Origin: Bacteroidota bacterium
Lineage (GTDB): Bacteria > Bacteroidota > Bacteroidia > UKL13-3
Length of the DNA: 33,870 nt
Assembly: GCA_010027395.1 (NCBI GenBank)
Contig: RGVD01000002.1
Coordinates: forward strand, 1 to 33,870
Direction of reading: 5' to 3'
The position numbers and the translations under genes are program-made. Positions within the stretch are counted from its first letter, which is position 1; each line of letters opens with the position of its first letter. The notes beneath the pieces are model-generated. The model was given only the letters and a program-made list of their open reading frames with translations. It had not been told where the DNA came from and did not search any database. Positions 18,020 to 27,840 of the stretch are shown here, one piece after another.

Positions 18020-19214
18020 CTCTTTTGATATAACTCGTGTAACTCAATATAATTCGCACCGTTTTCTCGCTGACGTTGGGCATGGAATAGTCGGAGACGG
18101 GGCGGAACAAGGTAATCTGTGAGCTGTAATCTTTAAGCTCCGTTTTGTTGTTAGCGGATCTTGCACCAATTGCTTGAAGTTCGAGTTGGCCTAGGCATTG
18201 AAGGATTCGTTCGGGGTCGAGTCCTACCATCATTACAGAGGCCTCTTCCATGGCTTCGGGACGTTCGTGGGCGTCGCGGATGTTAAGTGCTCTAAAGTTC
18301 ATGACGGATGATTCTTCAGAGATGGTACCGCTATCAGATAGGACGGCAAACGAATTTATTTGTAGTGCGTTGTAGTCAGAGAATGCGAGGGGTTTTTGCC
18401 ATTGAATCAGCGAATGAAGATGGTACGCGGATGACACGGATTGATTGGATTTGCCCTGATTTAATTGATCTAGGCGTTTCCGTGTACGTGGATGGGTACT
18501 AACAATTATCGGAAACTGATACTTTTCAGCTATCTGATTTAGAGTTTCAAGTAATCCGAAGAAATTCTTGTCGTTACTGATATTTTCCTCTCGGTGGGCA
18601 GAGACAACAAAGTATTTACCTTTTTCTAATCCCAAACGATCTAATACATCACTGGATTGAATCTTCGGCATGTAATGATTCAATACCTCAAACATCGGTG
18701 AACCTGTTTTGATAATACGGTCTGCGGGTAAACCTTCTTGGAGTAAGTATTCTCTGGCGATATCTGAATAAGTTAGGTTGATATCCGCAATGTGATCGAC
18801 AATTTTACGATTGGTTTCCTCAGGTACACGTTGATCGAAACAGCGGTTGCCTGCCTCCATATGAAAGATAGGGATTCTACGCTTCTTAGCTGGGATGGCA
18901 CACAAACAAGAGTTGGTATCTCCTAGAACCAAAAAGGCATCTGGATTAACTTCTTCCAAAATGGGATCGATGTTAATCAATATTTGCCCGATGGTTGCTG
19001 TAGCTGTTGCACCCGCGGCGTTTAAAAAATAATCCGGTTTACGAACACCCATGTCCTCGTAGAATACTTCGTTTAGTTCGTAGTCATAATTCTGACCCGT
19101 ATGAACCGTAATGTGTTCGATTGCGGGACTGGCATCTAATGCTGCCATGACTCTTGATAATCGGATTATTTCAGGTCGTGTTCCTACAACCGTCATTACT
19201 TTTAATTTTTTCAT
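18003..19214 (-). CDS. fnlC: Non-hydrolysing UDP-HexNAc 2-epimerase of the FnlC/Cap5G/WbjD type
   Basis: Motifs are MKKLKVMTVVGTRPEIIRL, HTGQNYDYELN, FHMEAGNRCFD..VPEE.NR and SAHREEN. I prefer the ATG at 19212-19214 (MKKLKV) over the track start at 19223. Confidence 0.85.
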   Translation of the reverse strand: MKKLKVMTVVGTRPEIIRLSRVMAALDASPAIEHITVHTGQNYDYELNEVFYEDMGVRKPDYFLNAAGATATATIGQILINIDPILEEVNPDAFLVLGDTNSCLCAIPAKKRRIPIFHMEAGNRCFDQRVPEETNRKIVDHIADINLTYSDIAREYLLQEGLPADRIIKTGSPMFEVLNHYMPKIQSSDVLDRLGLEKGKYFVVSAHREENISNDKNFFGLLETLNQIAEKYQFPIIVSTHPRTRKRLDQLNQGKSNQSVSSAYHLHSLIQWQKPLAFSDYNALQINSFAVLSDSGTISEESSVMNFRALNIRDAHERPEAMEEASVMMVGLDPERILQCLGQLELQAIGARSANNKTELKDYSSQITLFRPVSDYSMPNVSEKTVRIILSYTSYIKRVVWGE

Positions 19215-19215
19215 T

Positions 19216-20331
19216 CTAAACATTTTCTAAATACGTATCTGGGTCTGCTGGGTCATAAGGTTCGTTTATCCAAAAAATGGTATACAATGTTTCATCGCCT
19301 ATATTCTTAATATTATGGGTGTACCAGATGGGCATATCAACATAGGCGGGTTCTTCCCCGTCTAGGTAAAAATCGCGAACTTCATCGGTTCCGATTCTGC
19401 GGAGTTGGATAAGGGCTTTTCCTTTAACTACTGCGAAGCGCTCTATCTTACGGGTATGAAAGTGATTTCCCCTAGTAATACCTGGAACGGTGGTTGAGAA
19501 AGATGTTTGTCCTGCTATGCCATGACGGGCGATTTCTACAAAAGCGCCTCGGTTATCGGTATGCTGAGTAAATTTTCGTGGAAAGTAATTCGCAATATCC
19601 ATGTAGCAACGGTAGGTATTAAACAGCTTGTGTTCGAATGAGCTGTTAATGGCTGGAAATTCTCCCTTTTCTTGATAGACATCTTTATAGTGTTGCAACA
19701 AATCCAATATTTCTGATACCTTAGCTTCGGCGGTATGCGGAATTTGAAGCTCGTGGGTGTTATCCTCCCTACGAATCGCTTTTAAAATCGCCTCCACTAG
19801 TTCACCCACATAAATCAACTTCAATAGGCCATCTACTTCAACTTTAGGTGTTTCATTGTGTGAAACTTGATGGCAAAACGTAGCCACAACAGAATTATAA
19901 TAAGGATTTCCAAAGGGGCCAAAAACATTCGGAATCACCATTCCTGTTAACTTCCCGCCTGCTCTATTAGCCCAATCTGACAGCATCAAGCGCCCTTCCA
20001 TCTTGGATTTACCGTAAAGGTTATCTCGCTCTTCCTGAGTAGAAGAAGAAATCAAGATATGTGCTTGGCTTTGGTTCCTATCAAGTGAAGCTACCAATTT
20101 CTTCACAAGACTAGTATTCGTTTCATAGATTACTTCGGAGTCGTTGTGACGGTTTAAGGCCGCCAAATGAACAATGACATGGCATTGGGATACAAAATTA
20201 TCTAACTTCGCTTCATTCTCAAAAAAAGAACGATCAAAGTCGATAAGCGTAAATTCATCTTTGAAAAGATTAAGTGTTTGATATAAATGACACCCAACAA
20301 ATCCACTTTTTATTTTAGAACGTAGATGAAT
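19216..20331 (-). CDS. fnlB: CapF/FnlB/WbjC-like bifunctional SDR + C-terminal cupin enzyme; no canonical start codon, so possibly 5'-disrupted
   Basis: The stop-to-stop open frame is 371 codons, the length I recall for this family. It reads IHLRSKIKSGFVGCHL...VIVHLAALNR...YGKSK... and ends with a cupin domain (GITRGNHFH, YTHNIKNIGDE). No ATG, GTG or TTG occurs before the TTG at 20164-20166, which the track uses. Confidence 0.7.
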   Translation of the reverse strand: MHLRSKIKSGFVGCHLYQTLNLFKDEFTLIDFDRSFFENEAKLDNFVSQCHVIVHLAALNRHNDSEVIYETNTSLVKKLVASLDRNQSQAHILISSSTQEERDNLYGKSKMEGRLMLSDWANRAGGKLTGMVIPNVFGPFGNPYYNSVVATFCHQVSHNETPKVEVDGLLKLIYVGELVEAILKAIRREDNTHELQIPHTAEAKVSEILDLLQHYKDVYQEKGEFPAINSSFEHKLFNTYRCYMDIANYFPRKFTQHTDNRGAFVEIARHGIAGQTSFSTTVPGITRGNHFHTRKIERFAVVKGKALIQLRRIGTDEVRDFYLDGEEPAYVDMPIWYTHNIKNIGDETLYTIFWINEPYDPADPDTYLENV

Positions 20332-20394
20332 CTAATCAAAAGGGTCTTGTCTACTATTAAGTGTGAATAGGTATGAAATATGCGCGCTATAGTC

Positions 20395-20781
20395 TCACCA
20401 ATTTAAGTTCTCCAAAGACTCTCTAAAATCATCACGCTTAGACTCCTCCAATCTAAAATCTGAAAAAACCATCAGTACACTTCCTTCTTCCAATGATTCA
20501 AATCCATTGTAATACCCTCCAGAAATTTCAAGAACCTTGGGTTCCAAATCTATCAGTTGATATTCCATCCTTTCAATTAAATTCATATTTATGGTCTTCA
20601 CCATAAAACTACCCTTAACCGCATAAAACCATTTGGTTTCAATCTTATGACCCTGCCATGCTCTAATGACACCGACTTTTGGTTCAATACAATACATTCG
20701 AACTACTTGAGACATATCGAAGTCGTTTACAAATCGTATTGTTCCCCGCAAGTCGGTATGGGTACTGCCGGTTATAAGCAT
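20395..20781 (-). CDS. Small stand-alone cupin protein, WxcM/FdtA-like (sugar-nucleotide ketoisomerase/epimerase-like)
   Basis: 128 aa. Motifs are TDLRGTIRF, RMYCI and IRAWQGHK.E.KWFYAVKGSF, which resemble the FdtA/WxcM cupin pattern. It lies between fnlA and fnlB. Confidence 0.6.
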   Translation of the reverse strand: MLITGSTHTDLRGTIRFVNDFDMSQVVRMYCIEPKVGVIRAWQGHKIETKWFYAVKGSFMVKTINMNLIERMEYQLIDLEPKVLEISGGYYNGFESLEEGSVLMVFSDFRLEESKRDDFRESLENLNW

Positions 20782-20854
20782 TTTTATATTGTGAGCTGTG
20801 AATTTGAATTGTGAAATGATATTGAATAAACCTCAAACTAATAGTTGATCTAGA

Positions 20855-21886
20855 TCAGACCAAAAACTCATCCACACTCTCACCAAAAATCTCTCTTCTA
20901 ACCAATCCCAAGCCACTGATCAACTTTTTTACTCCTTCTACATCTAGACGTTCCGTATTGTGAGAGTGATAATCCTCAATTTTTGCTGCATCTTGTTCCC
21001 CTTCTGAGAAATACATCGCATAGTTCAAATCCCGGTTATCAGCAGGGATACGATAAAATTCGCCCATATCTTCTGCTTTGACCATTTCTTCGCGCGTACA
21101 AAGCGTTTCATAGAGCTTTTCCCCATGACGCGTACCTATGATTTTGATTTCATTATCGGCATTGGCCAATTCTTTGACGGCTTGGGCTAAATCACCAATG
21201 GTCGCGGCAGGCGCTTTATTAACAAACAAATCACCAGAATTACCATGTTCGAATGCAAACAATACTAAATCTACAGCATCATGTAAACTCATTAAGAAAC
21301 GAGTCATGTTGGGGTCGGTGATGGTAAGCGGCAATCCACTTTTGATTTGATTAATAAACAAAGGAATCACCGATCCGCGAGAAGCCATTACATTACCATA
21401 ACGTGTTAAACAAACAGTGGTGTCGGACAAATTTCTTGCTTCTGCAATCGCTACTTTCTCCATCATGGCCTTGGAAATACCCATAGCATTGATGGGATAA
21501 GCCGCTTTATCCGTACTCAAACAAATCACCTTTTTCACTCCATTGGAAGCAGCCGCACGAATTACATTTTGTGTACCTTCCACATTGGTTTTTACGGCCT
21601 GCATAGGAAAAAACTCACAGGATGGTACTTGTTTCAAAGCCGCTGCATGGAAAATGTAATCTACTCCTCGGGTTGCAGGTTCTACCGAATTGAAATCACG
21701 GACGTCCCCGATATAAAATTTTAGCTTTGAGTTCTTCAAGGTATTCCTCATATCGTCCTGCTTCTTTTCATCGCGTGAAAAAATACGTATTTCGGCAAAA
21801 TGATTTGTATGCAAAAATTGCTGCAATACAGCGTTTCCAAAAGACCCCGTACCCCCAGTAATCAAAAGCGTCTTATTTTGTATCAT
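20855..21886 (-). CDS. fnlA: UDP-GlcNAc 4,6-dehydratase/5-epimerase (FnlA/CapE/WbjB type)
   Basis: 343 aa. Motifs are KTLLITGGTGSFGNAV, IFHAAALKQVP, MGISKAMMEK and YGNVMASRGSVIPLF, typical of soluble CapE-type enzymes. Confidence 0.9.
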   Translation of the reverse strand: MIQNKTLLITGGTGSFGNAVLQQFLHTNHFAEIRIFSRDEKKQDDMRNTLKNSKLKFYIGDVRDFNSVEPATRGVDYIFHAAALKQVPSCEFFPMQAVKTNVEGTQNVIRAAASNGVKKVICLSTDKAAYPINAMGISKAMMEKVAIAEARNLSDTTVCLTRYGNVMASRGSVIPLFINQIKSGLPLTITDPNMTRFLMSLHDAVDLVLFAFEHGNSGDLFVNKAPAATIGDLAQAVKELANADNEIKIIGTRHGEKLYETLCTREEMVKAEDMGEFYRIPADNRDLNYAMYFSEGEQDAAKIEDYHSHNTERLDVEGVKKLISGLGLVRREIFGESVDEFLV

Positions 21887-21903
21887 AGTCTAATATTCAC
21901 TTT

Positions 21904-23166
21904 TTATTGTGTTTTGATATCTACGCTCTCTAAACTTTTGCCATAGCTCTTACCCACCAACTCCTCCAAAAACGCCAATAACTTCCGCGCCTGCAAATCT
22001 TTATTAAAATACTCTTCCGCCACTTTTCTTCCATTCGCTCCTACTCTAACAGCATTTTCATAATCACCCAATGCTCTCTCCATGGCCTCTGCAAAAGACT
22101 CCACCGAACCAGGTTGAGCGAAAAAAACAGACTCATTATCCGTTAGATAATTGGGTATTTCCCCTACTCTTGTAGCACATACTGGTTTACCTGTGGCTAA
22201 GTATTCTCCAAGCTTAGTCGGAAATCCTCCTTGAGCTTGTTTGGAGTCGGGACGCGGTAATACCAACAAATCTGCATTACAAATTATACTAGGTATAAGG
22301 TCTCTTGGAAACTCCTTCATCCAGATAACCCTATCTTCCAAACCAAAATTCTTAATTAACCGCATATGAATAGGAGTATCGTAGTTCCAACCACCTACTA
22401 AATAAACTCTATGTAAAGGGAATTTTTCTTTAATAGAATTAAAAGCTTTAATCAAGTTACTTACACCATCTTTAGCGTCATTCATAACTCCTACAAAAGC
22501 TATGTAAGGCGGTTTGAATTCTTCCATTAATTCAGGTGAGATTTTAAACCTATCCAAATCCACCGTCATAGGTAGATGCATAAGTTTGGGTTGTGGTTTC
22601 GGAAAGTCTTGATAATCCTTCATTAAAGTTTGAGTCATCAATGCCATGCCATCGTAGGAATAATATGCTTTCTCTTCGAAGAAAAGTTGTTTTACATCAG
22701 CTTGCCATCTTTGAAGAATATTACCTTTATTGTTTTTGTGAATATCAAGAAATTCACTCATTTCGAGGAATAGTTTTAATTCAGAGATCGTCTTTCGGAT
22801 TTTGACTGCGAGCTCAAACCCAAAATGACTCGAATCTGTCCATACCAGGCCATCATATTGTTTTAATTCCTGCAAAATCAATTTTGACAATCTACGCCTT
22901 TGAAATACAAAACCTATGTATATATAGTAGCGTTGTTTTAAAAACCCCATCACAAGTCGAGGTTCAAGGTATTTATAGTTGATGCCGTTTTTTTCGCCAA
23001 ATGTTTTCCAGTTTATAACTTCATTTTCTGTTTGATAGCCCCCATATATCAAAAGCTTAATTTGTACTCCTAAATTGGCTAAACCTTCAATTAGCGTAAG
23101 CCAGCGATTGGCGGATGCTGAAGAAGAACAAAATGGATTGTGATTAATTAGAATTAAGATTTTCAC
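21904..23166 (-). CDS. GT-B fold glycosyltransferase (GT1/GT4-like)
   Basis: 420 aa. The C-terminus carries a GFPTKLGEYLATGKPVCATRVGEIP motif. The start is GTG. Confidence 0.75.
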   Translation of the reverse strand: MKILILINHNPFCSSSASANRWLTLIEGLANLGVQIKLLIYGGYQTENEVINWKTFGEKNGINYKYLEPRLVMGFLKQRYYIYIGFVFQRRRLSKLILQELKQYDGLVWTDSSHFGFELAVKIRKTISELKLFLEMSEFLDIHKNNKGNILQRWQADVKQLFFEEKAYYSYDGMALMTQTLMKDYQDFPKPQPKLMHLPMTVDLDRFKISPELMEEFKPPYIAFVGVMNDAKDGVSNLIKAFNSIKEKFPLHRVYLVGGWNYDTPIHMRLIKNFGLEDRVIWMKEFPRDLIPSIICNADLLVLPRPDSKQAQGGFPTKLGEYLATGKPVCATRVGEIPNYLTDNESVFFAQPGSVESFAEAMERALGDYENAVRVGANGRKVAEEYFNKDLQARKLLAFLEELVGKSYGKSLESVDIKTQ

Positions 23167-23168
23167 AT

Positions 23169-24491
23169 CTAGGTAAACAAACTGCTGAACTTGTAATCAA
23201 TTATTTCACTTGAAAAATTCTGATTAGCCACCATTCTGGCATTTTTCGATATTTCATACTGCTTATTTTCATCGGAGAAAAACTGACGAAGCCGCACTGC
23301 TACATCAGTTGTCACGGGGGTATCTATAACAAAAGCAGAGTTAGTTTCAACTACAAATTTATAAGCTGCTGTTTCTTTAGGAGCAAATAATATCACTGGC
23401 ACACCGCTTATTAAATACTCTGAAAGCTTAGTTGGAATTGAAAGTCTTGAAAAAGCTATATCTTTATCATTAAAAGAAAGGGGAAGGATTAAGTAGTCAT
23501 ATCCCACAATTTCTTTAGGAATTTCCGTATGATTTATAAATCCATGAACCTTAATAAAATCAAGACCCAAATAAGCATTAGGCAACAAATTATTACTATA
23601 AATATTGATCTGAACAGAAACTAAATGGACCTCTATTAACTCTTTTATAGCATCTACAAATGTCAAAAACGCTTTGTCATTGGCTCGTCCAATCCTCCCA
23701 AAATAAGCAATTTTAATCATCCCGGAATTCGAGGAAATTATTTTCCTCTGATAAGGTAACCAATTAGGAAGATGTATTGGGTTATGAAAATAATCCCATT
23801 TCCCTCCAAACCTAGATTCAAATTCTAAGGCCATAAATTCTGAAATTGCAACCCTTTTATAAACATTACTAAGAAGTTTCTTTAGCTCTAGATTTATCTT
23901 TTTATTCCAATATTTTTTAAAAACACAATCACTCCCGATGGTTGAAGGCCAATCATCCATAATGTGAATAATAATAGGTTTGTTAAACTCAACTAATAAT
24001 TTTTCAGCAAAAAGTATAGAATGCCTCGTGGATAGAACAGCATAAAAATAATCAGGGTCAGACTTTTTTATCCAACTCCTTAATTCATTGCTGATAATTT
24101 GTCTAAAAAATAAATGATCAAGACCAAGTCGTTGAAAAAAAACAAAACATAATGACCAAAAAGAATATTTTTTGGTTATTCCCGTAGTATTTAAACTATT
24201 TGATCTGGTTTTAGGCGTTTCTTTTGTACTTAAGTCAGAATTTTTTTTCCTAAACAATTTCCAAAGATTGAGAAAAATTCCCAATGGAAACCTGTGATAG
24301 TAGTCTTTATCATCTAGACCAAAATTGTTTAAATATCCATCAAGTTTAGATAACTGAACCATTTCTTGACTTCCAACCATAAAGAGATTCTCTTTTGGCC
24401 AAGAACTAAATAAATTGGATAAGGTTATAGCGGTTGCGTTCTTTTTGTGAAGCGTTGCATCGATAAACAATATTTTTTTTAAGTTTCCCAT
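23169..24491 (-). CDS. Divergent GT-B-like glycosyltransferase
   Basis: Only the C-terminal motif (LSIPTKLSEYLISGVPVILFAP) is recognisable. I prefer the ATG at 24489-24491 (MGNLKKILFID), which removes the overlap with wzy. Confidence 0.5.
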   Translation of the reverse strand: MGNLKKILFIDATLHKKNATAITLSNLFSSWPKENLFMVGSQEMVQLSKLDGYLNNFGLDDKDYYHRFPLGIFLNLWKLFRKKNSDLSTKETPKTRSNSLNTTGITKKYSFWSLCFVFFQRLGLDHLFFRQIISNELRSWIKKSDPDYFYAVLSTRHSILFAEKLLVEFNKPIIIHIMDDWPSTIGSDCVFKKYWNKKINLELKKLLSNVYKRVAISEFMALEFESRFGGKWDYFHNPIHLPNWLPYQRKIISSNSGMIKIAYFGRIGRANDKAFLTFVDAIKELIEVHLVSVQINIYSNNLLPNAYLGLDFIKVHGFINHTEIPKEIVGYDYLILPLSFNDKDIAFSRLSIPTKLSEYLISGVPVILFAPKETAAYKFVVETNSAFVIDTPVTTDVAVRLRQFFSDENKQYEISKNARMVANQNFSSEIIDYKFSSLFT

Positions 24492-24495
24492 TTTC

Positions 24496-25659
24496 TCACT
24501 TTCCAATAATAGACGAAAATCTAGCACCACTCAAAACACCGTAAACAAAAGCATAAGAACAAAAGAAGAGTGTATAACCCTCCATAATAGGTTCAACCAT
24601 AAATGTAGAAAAAATGGCAACTGAAAGAAAAAGAAAAATCATTTTAGTCTCAAGTAAGAATGTTTTCTTTAAAAGTGCTGCTAGGTTAGTTAGGTATAGA
24701 ACGGTACTTATGGTGAGTAACAATAGCACAATATAACCAGACCGCAAACCAACATCCAGCCATAAGTTGTGGGCATATCTATAACCACCCTCAAAGCCAG
24801 AGAAGTGGATGTCACCATCAGGCCTATTAAAGAACTCTTCGAGTCCAATCTCCCAAATTTCAGACCTCGATTTCAGGATACCCTTATCTGAATCCAAAAC
24901 AAATAGTCTTTCATAAATAGTAGATTCATAAATAAAATCAAAATTTACTAAACTTAATCCTATAAAAATCAAAGTTCCAATGAAAAAAAAGTTGGATAAT
25001 GATACTCTCGAAAAATTAAAACTTTTAACAATTGTAAAGAGGAGTAAACAAAATAGTAAAATAAAAAATCCCGTTCGCTGTCCAATGGATCCAATTATAA
25101 ATATAGCTATTATACTAAGGGTGATCCCATTACGCTTGATGATTTTATCACTATTATTTCTTGTGCTATAAAAGACAAGAGGAAATAAAGAAAAATTGTA
25201 GGCATAATAGGAAGCATAATTCGTAAAAGATATATATCCTGAACCTTTTCCGAGTAAGCGCAAATTTGAAAAATCAAATCCAAAGTTTAAAAGATTATAG
25301 AAGTAACTAACTATTGGAATTGCGTTAAAAATAAAAATGAATGAAAATAATAGTGCTATTATTTGATAATCCCCCGTGATTCGTTTTGTTAAGGACTTCC
25401 CAATAATGTAAAATGAAACTGGGAACATAATACTGACTGTTCTTCCTACTAGACCTCCAGTATTTGTTGATAGGTCGAAGGCCACTAAAAAAATGAATAA
25501 GAAAATGAAATTGATATCAATTACCAATTTCGAATGCCTCCATAACTGCGAAATTGAGAATATTATGAAAATATAAGAAAATATCTGGGAAAAACCTAAA
25601 AAAACGACAAGTAATAGAAGAAAATATAACTTAAACTTGGATATAAAACTAATTATCAT
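24496..25659 (-). CDS. wzy: O-antigen/capsule repeat-unit polymerase (Wzy / O-antigen ligase-like family)
   Basis: 387 aa with about 10 predicted TM helices. It has a periplasmic loop with a YRYAHNLWLDVGLRSG motif (Wzy_C-like). It is very AT-rich. Confidence 0.7.
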   Translation of the reverse strand: MIISFISKFKLYFLLLLVVFLGFSQIFSYIFIIFSISQLWRHSKLVIDINFIFLFIFLVAFDLSTNTGGLVGRTVSIMFPVSFYIIGKSLTKRITGDYQIIALLFSFIFIFNAIPIVSYFYNLLNFGFDFSNLRLLGKGSGYISFTNYASYYAYNFSLFPLVFYSTRNNSDKIIKRNGITLSIIAIFIIGSIGQRTGFFILLFCLLLFTIVKSFNFSRVSLSNFFFIGTLIFIGLSLVNFDFIYESTIYERLFVLDSDKGILKSRSEIWEIGLEEFFNRPDGDIHFSGFEGGYRYAHNLWLDVGLRSGYIVLLLLTISTVLYLTNLAALLKKTFLLETKMIFLFLSVAIFSTFMVEPIMEGYTLFFCSYAFVYGVLSGARFSSIIGK

Positions 25660-26915
25660 TCCTTTACATTGCTTAACTCAGAATATATCGATAATAAATC
25701 TTTTACAATTTTTTTTGATGAGTGTCTTTCTGTGGCTCGAACAATAGCGTTCATGGAAATTTCACTAGCCAGGTCATTATTTGTAAATAACCTTCGAATA
25801 CAATTTGCTAATAATTCAGGCTCTTCAAAGCGATAAAGTAATCCTGTATTCTCATGGTGTACCATGTCTGGAACTCCTCCAACATAGGAGGCTATAACTG
25901 GAGTTCCAAGTATTTGTGCTTCTCCAATAGAATTGGGGCTATTCTCAATGCTAGATGGACAAACAGTAACATGACAATTTAAAAATTCATCACGCATATT
26001 CTCTGTATTCAATACCCCTAAAAAAGTAACTGATAAATTGGACTTTTCAATCAATGAATAGATATATTTTCCATACCAATATCCTGTTAACTTTAGTTTA
26101 TCGCTAATTGATGGTTTTCGTGAGAAGGATTCACCGGCAACGCGAATTTCAATTAATGGAAATTCGCGTTTCAGAAGACTAACAGCTTTTAGAAGAATAT
26201 GAAATCCTTTTATTGGATAACTTGCCTGGCTAACAAATATTGAATAATTTACTTTTTTTTGGATATCCCACTTTTTGGATGTATAAAACTCATTTCTTAG
26301 AGTTTCATTGCAAAAACGATAATTCACGCAATTATTGAAACTTTTTGAATGCGAATAGTCCCAATTTGTTCGTCCTAAGACAAAATCAGTTTTCAAGAAA
26401 TACTTGATTTCATTTTTTCCTTTTCTCGTAAAAAATTTCTTTTGATGATAAAATGTATTTTTTCTCCAGCACTCAACTAAACTAGTGTTTCTTAACATGT
26501 CAAGGTAACCGATTGATCCGTAAAAATATCTCGAATAAATTTCAACCAACCCCTGAATACTTACAATTGATTTTACATTTGGGCATGCCTCCAAATAATA
26601 AAGCCCAAATGCACTTTCAGTACCATGAATGTGCAACAAATCGGGATTTATTTTTTCTGTAAGTTGCCTATACTTTAAATAAAGTTGGTCTTTATCGCTT
26701 AAGAGTTTAGTTGGAAGCACAACGTAATTTATACCCTTAACAACACCTTCAAATTGGATATTATTGTAAAAGGATAGGATACATAGTTCAATTTCCCCAA
26801 TAGAACTCAATTGCTTTGCGAGGCTATACATCCAACTGCCACCCTTGTGCGGTAATATACCAATTTCAATACAAACATCAGGTAAAGGAAAATTAGTTAT
26901 CCACAATACTTTCAT
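25656..26915 (-). CDS. Glycosyltransferase family 4
   Basis: It has an MKVLWITNFPLP N-terminus and SPNSIGEAQILGTPVIASYVGGVPDMV. I prefer the ATG at 26913-26915, which forms an ATGA overlap with the upstream stop. Confidence 0.8.
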   Translation of the reverse strand: MKVLWITNFPLPDVCIEIGILPHKGGSWMYSLAKQLSSIGEIELCILSFYNNIQFEGVVKGINYVVLPTKLLSDKDQLYLKYRQLTEKINPDLLHIHGTESAFGLYYLEACPNVKSIVSIQGLVEIYSRYFYGSIGYLDMLRNTSLVECWRKNTFYHQKKFFTRKGKNEIKYFLKTDFVLGRTNWDYSHSKSFNNCVNYRFCNETLRNEFYTSKKWDIQKKVNYSIFVSQASYPIKGFHILLKAVSLLKREFPLIEIRVAGESFSRKPSISDKLKLTGYWYGKYIYSLIEKSNLSVTFLGVLNTENMRDEFLNCHVTVCPSSIENSPNSIGEAQILGTPVIASYVGGVPDMVHHENTGLLYRFEEPELLANCIRRLFTNNDLASEISMNAIVRATERHSSKKIVKDLLSIYSELSNVKE

Positions 26916-27835
26916 CTTGCTATCCATACTAAGATTCTATTAAGTAGCCTTTTGAATAGACCCGGTGGTACAGGTTCATTAATATGCTGAGTAAAGTGAT
27001 ATCTATCATACTCAACGGAGTGAACTACTCGTTTCGGATGTTTGTTAATTCTAAAATTTTTATCAGTAGGCCAGTAATGTTGGTTTGATTGCTTATTTGT
27101 GTGTAGTCCTTCCGTCCCTATATTTTTTGCAAGATTAGAAATTGGCACTATCGAGAAGAGGCCTTTGGAAAAAATAAAGAAGAAAAAAAAGGGTCCCCAA
27201 GCATTGGCTTCTTTCTTTTTCATTTTATTATACCAAAAAGTAAAGAACCATTTAAAGTAATTTAATTCGTCGGCATGCGAAACAAACGTTTTCAAATTAC
27301 TACTTGTAATGGTATTTTTCATGTCTGGGCATGAAACATCAAATTTATTCCAAACCCTTGCCCAGGTTGCCCATCCCCAAATATGGGCATACTTTGAGAA
27401 GAAGTAATCACTATCAGGATTTATGAATGTTGTATAGTTATTTCCACTAATCATCCCTATTTCTTCATTGTCTTTGTATAGTTCCAGTAAATCATCAGCA
27501 AAATCAAAAAATGATATTTCAGGGACAACATCATCTTCGATAATTATTACCCTGTCTTCCGTACTTAAAACCCACGAAATTGCACCTACGACTGCATCAC
27601 GGCAACCAAGGTTTTCATCACGAATCAAATAATATACATTTGAATTCCAATCAACCCTTTTTGTAATTTCAGCAACCTGTTTGCAAAGTTCAATATCATT
27701 TGATTTATCTTTCCGCGGTCCATCGATTGCGATATAAAGTTTGGATGGTTGAATTTCCCTAATTCTGTTGAAAGCAACCTCGGTTGTTTCTGGCCTATTA
27801 AATGCTATAAACAGGATTGGTGCTTTAATATTCAT
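26912..27835 (-). CDS. GT-A fold nucleotide-diphospho-sugar transferase (GNT-I / GT2-like)
   Basis: Motifs are PILFIAFNRPETT and IAIDGP, plus a probable DXD motif in IIIEDDVV. I prefer the ATG at 27833-27835 over the GTG at 27841. Confidence 0.6.
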   Translation of the reverse strand: MNIKAPILFIAFNRPETTEVAFNRIREIQPSKLYIAIDGPRKDKSNDIELCKQVAEITKRVDWNSNVYYLIRDENLGCRDAVVGAISWVLSTEDRVIIIEDDVVPEISFFDFADDLLELYKDNEEIGMISGNNYTTFINPDSDYFFSKYAHIWGWATWARVWNKFDVSCPDMKNTITSSNLKTFVSHADELNYFKWFFTFWYNKMKKKEANAWGPFFFFFIFSKGLFSIVPISNLAKNIGTEGLHTNKQSNQHYWPTDKNFRINKHPKRVVHSVEYDRYHFTQHINEPVPPGLFKRLLNRILVWIAR

Positions 27836-27840
27836 ATACA

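Noticed and set aside
20846-20857. Perfect 12-nt palindrome tgatctagatca at the fnlA stop codon, considered as a terminator or operator.
   Set aside because: It has no loop and no flanking T-tract, it overlaps the stop codon, and it is short enough to occur by chance. Likewise, the 6-bp stem ccttct/agaagg downstream of the epimerase stop (around 31008-31032) is too weak to call a terminator.
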